From Paramecium tetraurelia (taxonomy: Eukaryota): a stretch of DNA of 64,000 nt. The DNA lies in NCBI GenBank assembly GCA_000165425.1, contig CT868163.1, positions 62,001-126,000 of the forward strand. The letters run 5' to 3'. The position numbers and the translations under genes were made by a program. The number at the start of each line of letters is the position of its first letter. Within the stretch, counting starts at the first letter, position 1. Shown piece by piece: positions 53,594-64,000 of this stretch. The notes under the pieces were generated by a model that saw only the letters and a list, made by a program, of their open reading frames with translations, was not told the origin of the DNA and made no database searches.

Positions 53594-54829
53594 TCAACTA
53601 GTTAATTTTATCTGAGATTCAATTTAAATTTGCTTAGTGCCTATGTTAGCTCTTCTTGAACTCTTACTTCTACTCTAATCACATGTTTCTATATTTTATG
53701 AGTAAATGGGTTACCTTTATATTTCTGGATTTAACTATTGTCTTGAGAACTATTTTTAGAAACTGGTTGGCTAATGATTCCTTTTTTTCTGTCTTGTACT
53801 GAAATACTTTGGATTATATCTTGAATTGTAGAGAGTGAATTGTTTTTGCTTTTTAATTTTTATCCATAAATTTTGTTCAAATCTTTTTATTGAATAACCT
53901 TAAGAACATCTACTTTGTTGGCTTAATTTCCATAATTGATTATGTTGTAATAGTTTTGTTTTAGAGAGGGTTAGGATTTGATTGGTATTTCATTGTTTTC
54001 AAGAGTGAAGGAGGTATGATTGATTTAAGAATTCAATTTGTGTTCAGAACAAGATTTTTAATTTCTTTAATCTGAAAATATAATAGAAAAATCTACTTTA
54101 AAATTGTAATTGTTGAATAACTGGTTATTGGTTTTTCTTTGAATAAGGCTTTAAATTATCTCTATAACTGAAGTCTTAGGATTTCCTCCTATTCTCTTTT
54201 TCTAAATTATTAATAATTTATTTTAAGCTAACAATCTCCATGTTTAATTTGTGCTAAGTTTCATGATAAGTTTAATTTTCTCTTTTTAAATTCTATAATT
54301 GTAATGAAATCAATACACTAATCAACTTCTTCGTGGTTTCAAGAAGCTCAACTCTATTTGATTCACTCTCGTCTAACTTATTTTGAATAGACTCTGCATA
54401 TAACTTGAGTTATTATTCAATCTAGATATGATGAACAAGATACTCTGATGTGATTTCTGATTTCGCTCTCATACTTGATTAATGTTTGCTCTAACTTCTC
54501 GTATTCCTCATCCGACCTCAAACTTTTGGTCATTGAACGGTTTGGATCAAGTTACTTCTCGAATTTGCTTTGTTAATATTTTAATTAACTACTTACGATA
54601 TTTTCTTATCCACTTTCATCATAAGGTTTGTAAAAACTGCCTTGATTATACCGATCAAATGAGACAAACTTTCATAGTCTTTTAATTCAGCTTCCACTTA
54701 ATTCAATTCCTCTTTGGTTTCAATGAAATTCTCTATTTTTAATAAGACCCGCTCCAATAAGTCTTTCAAATTGTTTTCTATTTCCTTCTCATTAAAGCTT
54801 GCCACACTACAATTATCCATGTTATCCAT
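53594..54829 (-). CDS. Coiled-coil protein
   Basis: MDNMDNCSVASFNEKEIENNLKDL...EEYEKLEQTLIKYESEIRNHIR; tiny introns. Confidence 0.7.
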
Positions 54830-54959
54830 TAACAGTTAATTTAATATTTTTATATTAATACAATAAATTTTCGAAAATTTCTTAAGCAAAGCAAGAATGA
54901 AAAGATACTTAAACATATAATTAAGAAATGTATAATTATTAAATGCAATTACAGATTTC

Positions 54960-55754
54960 AAATTAAATTATAATATTTATAAATCCCAAAACAATCTCAA
55001 ACTACTAATTTGATAACAATTCACAGATTGACCACAAATCTCCAATGAATCGACCCAATGATAGAGAAAGTTATTAATAATATCAATGTAAAGTTTGAAT
55101 GGTGAAATAAATAACTTTATTTCATTATTAGGAAGATTTTTGTTTTTGTTATAATTAATTAATAGAGAGTGAATGTTAAGAACTACCCTTTCGCATAGCA
55201 ATATTTTAAATGTTCTTTATTTTCTCCACAGTTGAAATAATTTTATGGGCTTCCTCCTCAAAAGATACTGCCAAAATAGGGAACGCTGATTGAAAATCCT
55301 CATCAGGTTTAAGATCGGCAAGTATAATATTAGACAGTTTTTACATCATTTGATTGAGGGCACTTGCAAATTTATGATCATTATATATAAGATAATAATC
55401 TGATTCATCGATCCGTTTTATGATTTATTATTCCCTCATAACTCTTTTTATTGTATTTTGTATAATAATAGAGACATTTTATTTAACAATGATGCAACTG
55501 TTGACTTTTTCTCTAGTATGTTATGGGAGTTGATCTAAATTACCAACAAGATCCAAAAACATACAGAACCTTTTAAATAGCTATAATAAATCCTTGACTT
55601 ATTGATCAAGGACATAGTCTAGTTTGTTTTCGAAAGGCGGGGGTTGACCAACAATGGATTGAGGCTCTAAATAAGGTTAACTATTAGTTTTTAATTCTCT
55701 TTTTTAAGTGTGCAATTTCGATTGATTCTTTTATGCTGAGCAGACTGAACCCAT
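54960..55754 (-). CDS. Hypothetical protein with MGSVC N-terminus; 3' end ambiguous (possibly degenerate)
   Basis: MGSVCSAQKNQ... protein-like frames, but no clean frame to a stop codon. Confidence 0.4.
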
Positions 55755-55860
55755 TATAAAAATATCCTTAAATTAATAAAAACAATATCAGAAATAATTT
55801 TGAAACATAGAGCTTTCTCGTCTTGTAAATATATTAATTTATTATTAATTATAATAAAGG

Positions 55861-56526
55861 ATGTCCATCGTAACAAGATTTGCTTCATATTTCATTAAGA
55901 GCAGAGTCATCAACTACTCATGTAAGGCTTGTGTCTATTGATTTTTAGTGTAGGTGGATAGAATAATGACTGAGATGTGCAAGGCTGGGTTCCAAGACCC
56001 AGAGGAAGGATTCCTGGAAAGAGACCCAATGAGTTATTATGAATGCAGATTCTACTCTCACATAGCTAGAAACTGGACTCCCAGACTTGAATCATTGTAA
56101 CTATTTATTTATTCAATGTGAATAAAGTGAAAAGGAATAATACGAATTGGCAAGAAATAAGTTTGTTCAATTTGAAGACCTCTACTCCTTCATCTTGACT
56201 TTACACAGAGCAACATGGGAATACAGATCACTCTATTTGGAATTAACCAAAGAAATCGCCACTCACAATACTTGGTTCAGAAGTGAGCATACAACCTTAA
56301 CTTATGAACATCACTTGGAGGAAGCCATAAACAAGTACATCAATCTTTTGGATCAATTGAAGGAATATCCATTGTGGCAAGAGAGAGTCAAAGAGGAAAT
56401 TGGATATTATTTGCATCTTATCTACAACTCTACCACTCATTCAGGTTAGAGTAAGGAATTGTTTGCTAAATTTGTATATCAAATCATTTATATTCATTTT
56501 AGGATAAATTATATTTCTTCAAATGA
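55861..56526 (+). CDS. Hypothetical protein, possibly mitochondrial
   Basis: MSIVTRFASYFIKSRVINYS (R/K/S-rich, no acidic residues); three tiny introns; ends DKLYFFK*. Confidence 0.75.
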
Positions 56527-56760
56527 TTGCAATCATATGAAAATATTAGTATTTGCATAAATATATATAAATATTTCATCATATTTGTTTGATATCTTTC
56601 GTCTCTTGCCAAACCCATGATCAAAGAATCAAATCAAATAATCAGGAGGATTCCTGAAGTCATATGCAATCATAATATGCATTATTTGCTTATATTCCCA
56701 AATCATATCGACTTAAATACCTTTAGATATACTTAGAGATATTAATCATTAAAATAATAA

Positions 56761-57132
56761 ATGATTGAAGACGATGAATCTGAGTGCTTCTTTTAGCTCA
56801 AACCTTCTAAAAAGATCAAAAAGAAGAGAGGCAACATTCTTAGAATTCAGAAGCATTATGACTCCTTGAATCAAATGTAGATTGCTGCTGCTGAGCAAGA
56901 ACAAACCATTCTAGCATTAATAGATAAGCGATCTTAAAGTAATACTTTTAGAAATATCCCAATAGTATATTCAAAGAATAAATGCATCACCTAATGGAAA
57001 GAAAACATATCTTAATCGCAGTCTTTAATTTATGTTAATTTGATCAAAAGTGAATCAGAAACTTTTGAAGATAGTGAAAGTTTTCTCAAATAACCTCAAA
57101 ATGAATTGCTCATAGAAAACTACCTATGTTGA
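56761..57132 (+). CDS. Small hypothetical protein
   Basis: MIEDDESECFFQLKPSKKIKKKRG...ENYLC*. Confidence 0.5.
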
Positions 57133-57446
57133 TTGGGACTAGTATACCTAAATCACAAAAATGAGTTTTATTTATTATTTTTCCAAGTATCATATCATAC
57201 TGCTTCAAAACTTTGCAAACTCTTAAAACAGATTGTTCTCTTACAATAGCAATGAATTAGATGTCTCAAGATTTATTTTCTTGAAGATTTGTTTGCATTT
57301 AGCAAATATATTAAAAATAATCAAACATTGCCCTCCAGTTATGAAGATGGAGAAGATTGCTTTTTTCAATTCATTCTGATACTTACATTCCAATATAATG
57401 ATCACCTTGTTGTGACACACTTAAAAAGTCAAAATTAATAACATAA

Positions 57447-59549
57447 TCATAATTACAAAATCAACTTATTGTCAAAGATTGTGTGTGATATCTCTCCTTA
57501 ATCTTCTTTGATATACATGGATTTTAATATGAATTACCGAGTTGTCAGATTGTCATTGTCAAAATTGCATTTCAATTTTATAATCAAACCTTAATTATTG
57601 ACTGAATAGCTTTTTAATCTGACCTCTTACAACTTTTCAGAGAAAAATATATCATATTGGCTATCTGATATTTTGTGGATCATGATTTCATCATTCTGTA
57701 TCACTTATACTTAACTATGGGTCTACATTTTTATTTAATCTGATTCTTGACTTTACACCAATTTCATTTCAAATACATTCTCAGATAACAATGATTTGTT
57801 GAATTCCAACTTAGATTGCTCTGATTTCTTAAAATAGACATCTAAATTATGTTTGATAAAGTCATTCAATTATTATACGTAATCTAATTTTTGTTTTGCC
57901 ATTTTCTTATTTAAATCTTTAAAATCATAATTATCTCCACTTGTCATGGCAATACGAATATTCTGCTTTTATTCATCTATTTCATCATCCACTCCCACAA
58001 ATTCATACTATTAAATCATTTTCATAACAACATCGGACTCTGTGTATTCCTCTTCAAAAATTACCATTAACACTGAAGTCTATTCAATTTAATTTTGAAT
58101 ATTAATTGCCAACTATAACAAAGTTAAGTTTTATTGATTACAATTCTTTAAACACAAAAATAATATTCCATTACTTAAAGAAAATTTAATCCAAAATTCA
58201 TTTAACATTTGTTATCCTTCCACCAATTCACTTGTTTCATAAAAATTATTCACTAATTAATGTAACACCTTTGTTTAAACAAGAGTATTATAATCATTAC
58301 AAAATATAGATTTTAAATAGGTTAGTTAATCATTTGCTAATTATAAGTATGTCTGATCTGCTAATTTTTAAAAATAAAAGTCATTAACGAACAGATTCTC
58401 TAAAATAAATTATAAATATGAACTATCAAAGCCAAGAAAAGAGTAAAATACTTAAAAATTGGAGAGCCCGTAATCTTATTTAAAATTTAATGTCCACCCT
58501 TAATTTATTAATGGGAATAGACTATCCTCATCACAATTAATAACTAAATCCCAATATTAATTCTCTATATTTACTCTATCCATTGTTAATTGTTAATTTG
58601 AAATCGTTTATTTTAGCTTTTAGATAAGTGTATCTTTTTATTCTAATTCACTATTTAATCTTAGAATTTCAATATTGTCGTCTTCTGAAGAGGAACTAAC
58701 ATCCTTTACACTTAATATTTCAACAAAAGGTTTCCTTTCAGAACTCTTCATGGTGAAAGTTTAGATTTACTCCTCAAAATTTTTGTTAATTTTAGACTAC
58801 TATTCTAATTCTTCTTTTAGTTGAATAATTTAGATCTGTTAATTTTTCAATTTCTTTTTAAGTTGATCTTCCTCAAAATTGATTAGGACGATTGAAGTTT
58901 CGAATAGATTGATCTTATTTATTTAATGGGTGAACTGATCGGAATAATTCATTACTTGTGTTTCAATTTATTGGGATACCTTTTCATTTAACATGTAAAT
59001 GATTTCTTCGAACATTGACATTGTTGAAAGGGGATGATATTGATTTTCGTAATTCTTATAGTACTTTGTAAATATTTCTCTTAATTAAGGAGAGGAGACT
59101 TTGCAGTTTATCTAACTTATGGCTTACTTTAGAATTTATTTTAATTCATTCCAGAGGTTGACAATGTCTTGACTAAAGATTTCTTGATTTAAGAAATTGA
59201 GAATTTGAGGGATGGTTGTTTTTTGATTAAATCTATAGATTTGAGTGGATTTGATTATTTGTTCTATGATTTAATGATGGATATCGATATCACTTTGATA
59301 TTGCAATACTAGATTCTGAGTCTCTGTTAACATCACTTTTAATTGTTAATTGGATTCCTCTAATTTCTAGTGTTTGTAACTTTTAGTGTTTTAAGATTCT
59401 GCAAGTTGGGTTTAAAGTTGAATTAAATCTTATCTCAATTAATCGTTTATAGTTTAAAGTGCTTGAATTGACTCCTCCTTCTCTCGTATGATTTAGAGGT
59501 ACTTGATCGAGTCATCTTTAATGGCTGAATTGATTGGTATTTTATTCAT
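57447..59549 (-). CDS. Coiled-coil protein with a possible degenerate P-loop-like domain
   Basis: Intronless ~700-codon frame; coiled-coil N-half, then YWDLVINCDEDSLFPLINQGWTL...FYSFLGFDSSYLQFILENL. Confidence 0.7.
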
Positions 59550-59561
59550 AAATTAAATAAC

Positions 59562-60322
59562 ATGGCAGATTTTAATCCATAAGAGAGAGTTAAGAAGATG
59601 GTCAATGCCATAAAAGCTGAGGTAATTTTGATAACAACTTATTTGTTTAGGCTAATGAGAAGGCTGAATAAATCAAAGACATGGCTGCTCAATAGTTCAG
59701 AATCGAAAAGAACAAGCTACTCAATTAATAGAAGGAAAGAATTACCGAAGAATACAAAAAGAAGATTGAGTCATACACAATTGAAAAGAGAATGTAAAGA
59801 TATTGAGTAGGTGTAGTCAACGATCATCTAAAATTAATCAATCAAGATTGTCCAAAATGCAAGCACGTTTTGAGTTAATTTAAAGACTGAAGGAGGAAGT
59901 TCGTTAGAAGATGACAAAATTGATCCAAGATTAGAGTGTCTACAAAGAATTGTTGAAGAACTTGATTATCTAAGGAATGATTAAATTGCTTGAGCCCAGA
60001 ATCGAATTGACATGTTTGGAATAGGATGTGCAACTCATCAGAACCATTTTGGTAGAATGCTAAGAAGAATTCACTGTAATCATAAAGAGAGAGACAACTA
60101 AAGACTTCAAGACCACATTGAGCATTAATTAGAGTCAATATCTAACAGAGAAGGGTGGTAAACCAATGTAAAATTAGGATATAAACATTTTATAGTTTAG
60201 GAGGAGTTGTTTTGAGTTGTGCTAACAGTAGAATTGTTTGTTCTAACACTTTGGATGATAGATTGGAACTTTCATTACAAGAATTCTTGCCAGACATCAG
60301 AAATGGATTGTTTAGGAAATGA
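59562..60322 (+). CDS. ATP6V1E: V-type ATPase V1 subunit E
   Basis: KMVNAIKAEANEKAEQI, FRIEK, YKELLKNLIIQGMIKLLEP, GGVVL..SRIVCSNTLDDRL, LPDIRNGLF. Confidence 0.95.
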
Positions 60323-60947
60323 AATAAATGAGTATTAACAAAAAAAGCATATATATATCAATAAGCTAAGTAGTATGTTGTATCAACAAACATTTCGCAA
60401 TAATTATATCTAATTAGCTATTGAGAAAGTTCTTATTATAGATTATGCAAATTGTTTAAGTTTTCTTAATTATAATTTCTCATTTTCTTAAAAATCTCTT
60501 TATTTCTATACATCAAGTCATTTATATAATATTCAGCTTATCGATAATGATTAAATTTCTCTATCATTCTCTAGATTAATTATTTCTTTTTTATTTTAAT
60601 TGCGTCTAACTTTTTTTCTTAAATCTTTAAGGTATCTATAAAAAATAACTGTCTTTATATTTTTTATTTTTATGATCTAAAATATGTCAAAAAATCAAGA
60701 AATTTCATTCTATTCTAGCTTTTATTAATAAATTTTGTAAAGTAACTTTCACCTTATGATGCTAACGTAAATTGCTCAATAAAATAGTTAATTTGGACGA
60801 ATCCTTTGCTGTATTCGTCTAATTTTAGTAGAGATTCCATTGATAGTTGAGGCAAGGCTAATAATCTGCAGTTATTAGGATGAATTTTCTCTGAAAATGG
60901 CACAGTTTCAATATTTAATTTGTTTAATAAGGCTTCAATCTTTCATT

Positions 60948-62222
60948 TCAATCAAATTTGTATTGAATCAATAAAATTCTAATCGGACTTTTTTTCATCT
61001 GTAAAAAGAACCTTTAACCGTGATATTCATAATAAGGAATTGCTGAATTAGCACAACTATGAGATTGTTATTTATTTAATATTTGGAATGGTTAGATTAA
61101 TATTAATAAATCGGTTGTTAGTATTTAAAGATTAGTTAATACCTAAGTAATATCTACTACAAAAGTATCAATTTTATAATTTACAATTTAAAATCCACAA
61201 TTAACTTTTAATTTTCTTTCTTATAGAAATTCTTTTAGTAATTAAGGGTATTGTACTGTAAATAAACCTACTTAATACACACGAGAAATAGAGCTCAATA
61301 ATTCTTTGAAATTTTTTAGTATATAGAAGGATTGAGAAGATGAAACCCTCTAAAAGTAATGATCTCTCAAAACTATATATTCGTTGTATTGCTTGCTTGT
61401 AATAAAATCGGGTTGCAATCCAAAGTAACTTTATTCATCATATCCCAAAACATTTTCAAATTAAATAAAAACTAAATTATTATTATGATTTAGACTAATC
61501 TTTGTGTAAAAACAATCAACACTCATTGCTTCAATAGTATAATTAATCAAGTTGGAAGCAGTTTACTTAAGAGAAATGTTGAAAATTTCCTTATTTATGC
61601 GAGATTTTCTAACAATCATTTATTTTGATAAATCTTTATTTTAGCTTGTGTTATTTGAAGTATTCGATATTTGCTTATGTTTTTACCTAGATAATTCAGA
61701 ACGACGATCAATAATCCTAGGTTTTGGACTCATCGACAAGGCTCCAAATTCTTGTTTATGATCTAAAATATATGATCTATCAATATAATTTATTGAATTA
61801 TCAAGATTTTTAAGCAAAACCCCTTTGTGGAGTCTGCCTGGAGTTCTGTGTATTTCATGATTATGAGGCTGAGGTGAAGTAATAGAAGGAGTTATTATTT
61901 TATGTTTCAATTTTTAAGCAAACTTATCTGTTTTTGGGGCTGTGTTTGTAATGCTATCAAAACAGTTAGTGACATTAAGAATAGTTTCTGCAAATTTAGT
62001 GAAAGTTTGTTAAATTAATTTATGTCTCATAATATGAGGATGTATTTCTTTTGATTCTAAGTTAAAGGTTTTTTGCTTGATAATTGGTTAGCAATCATTT
62101 TTGATGACACTCATCATAATCTTCTTAGGAGAATAGGAAGTATTAAGCCGATTTAAGTTGCCATTTGCAATTTATGATAAATAGTAATCGTTGGAATAAT
62201 AATAGTCTACAGGATTATGCAT
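60948..62222 (-). CDS. Hypothetical protein; coding-like sequence continues past the stop
   Basis: 425-codon open frame MHNPVDYYYS...LVFIQFENVLG...LSSISRVYQVGLF; includes ORF-track fragment 61683-61910. Confidence 0.55.
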
Positions 62223-62279
62223 ATAATTTTTTTAATTATTCACAAAATCAATTTTATTTAATATTCTTTAGAATTTATC

Positions 62280-63888
62280 ATAATCATATATAATTCTTTT
62301 TGGTAAAAACTGAAGACGGATTCCATTAAAACCACCATTCTAGGTAGCATTTTGCAAACTCATTTTATGGTTCATTTTGCTTAATTGCACACAACATAAC
62401 AAAAAATTAGATGTCGTTAATTTATAATTAATCCATAATATTTTTCCAATTATTTAGAGTGCCCTCATCTTAAAATAAAAGTTTTAATTTCTATAATTCG
62501 CTATTTTTCTTATCATTAACGAATTCTATGAAACTATTTAAACATTCCTTCTCAAAATCAATAGATCCACGGTATTTTATTTCAGAATCTTCGGATCTTA
62601 CTTATTACTAATTTATTACATTTCAGTATATGAAATCCATCCTTCAAAAAATTCTAATAGTTCCTTTTCGTAAAGCTTATCTTACTATTAAGGATGATTC
62701 AACCCTTTCTTATTATAATATATTTTCTTGGTTGGATCTTATTTCGCTTACTTGATCATTTCTTTAAGCTAAATACACAAAGCTTATTAAAACGTTAGCA
62801 GATCTCTATAAGTATTATTGTTCGATGAAATTTTAGGTTCTTAATTGTTGCTCTCTTAAATTAATGTATCCTCCTCCTCCCGTTTTGTAGTTTCCTCAGC
62901 ATCTTATTTTGGATTTTCTTACATGAAACCATTTTTTTAAGGTAAAACACTCACATAATTAGTATTGTTTTCTAAAAATTTATTTTAATTCTATTATTTT
63001 GTATTTATTTATACTTAATATATTTCCTAATTTTACCCTTATTAATTGGGTTAATTATTGTTTTAAGAATCTTATTGACGATTTTATTTTTAATCTGCAT
63101 TTCCCGGTTAATTATCCTTCTCAACATTTTCGTAATTAGAGGACAATTCAGTGCTGCCTGAATTCTATTCATTAAAATCTGAAATTTGCTTTTCTTATGT
63201 TACTTGAGCAATTACTAAATTTGTCGCATTTGATAATTGAGGAAAATTCAAACTATTAAAGGCACCACTTTCATTCTTTTTCTCCACAAATTTTTGGCCA
63301 TACTATTCTTTTGCATTTATTTATACTTAATCTATTTAATCTTTTTCGCTTTTTTAAAAGGTTTAATTAATATCTTTATCATTAGTTATAGCTTTTTCAG
63401 AACCTTCTTCTTTAAGATTTTGTGATATTTAATGTGCATGTTAAGGTACTTGCAAGTATGAACTTGGATGGTAAAGACTCTTATAATTTTCACTTTTTTC
63501 TTTTTCTTCTTCTAATTTAGACTTAGCCTATTGTATTTTATCATTTTCGCTCATAAACTAGAAATTTGAATTGGTCCCTGCATTCGTACTCTCATTTTAA
63601 TCTGATCCTTGGTTTTCACAATTTTATTAAACACTTTTAGTCTGAGAACCTTGTCCTAGATTTTATTAATATTTTTTCAATACCATTTACTTCCTTACTT
63701 TATTTTTGAGCTGATGGTTATAAACTTAGTTAATTCATGTTAATCAGTTTTTACTTCAAAAATTCATCATTACCCTAATCTATTCTATTTATTTTTACTT
63801 AATGATTTTAATCTGGTTTGCTATTATTCATGGTTTAAAGCTCCTGGCCATTCACATTTTTAACTCCATTTTACTACTGCTTGCTCAT
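62280..63888 (-). CDS. Low-complexity N/Q/E-rich hypothetical protein
   Basis: MSKQQQNGVKNVNGQEL...; 28-nt intron near 63657-63684; 3' end approximate. Confidence 0.55.
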
Positions 63889-64000
63889 TAAAATAAATAT
63901 TACAATTTATTTCTAATTAATTAGATTTTATGCCGAAATTCTAAAAGTATTTAAGACATATCGATATGCTCGTTACTCCTTATGAGTTTAATGTAACAAA

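Overview
AT-rich, gene-dense eukaryotic DNA from a ciliate somatic (macronuclear) genome, most consistent with Paramecium. Genes read through TAA/TAG as Gln and stop only at TGA (translation table 6). They are split by tiny ~20-29 nt GT..AG introns, and some intergenic gaps are only 12-30 bp, so the supplied standard-code ORF track shows only fragments and antisense artefacts. Manual translation gives about 34 protein-coding genes plus several decayed ones. Recognisable genes: macro-domain protein, APC/C activator Cdh1/Fzr, a full-architecture WASP homolog, Pumilio, a PH-less AGC kinase, RPSA, a second Ser/Thr kinase, LTV1, ULK4/RUNKEL, AP-2 mu, coatomer alpha, ERGIC/Erv46, a polyQ F-box protein, a divergent Rad21/Rec8 kleisin, 14-3-3, Rac/Rho, a RING protein, a MORN/IQ protein and V-ATPase E. 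A Rab4-like pseudogene is also present. No rRNA, tRNA, CRISPR, transposon or telomeric repeat was seen. I found no demonstrably new multi-gene system. The best leads are the WASP with a His-less CRIB, the divergent kleisin, a multi-pass membrane protein with a YfaP-like domain, a +1 frame break with no GT-AG intron, and extremely compact divergent gene pairs. Coordinates are by eye; start codons and some exon boundaries may be slightly off.
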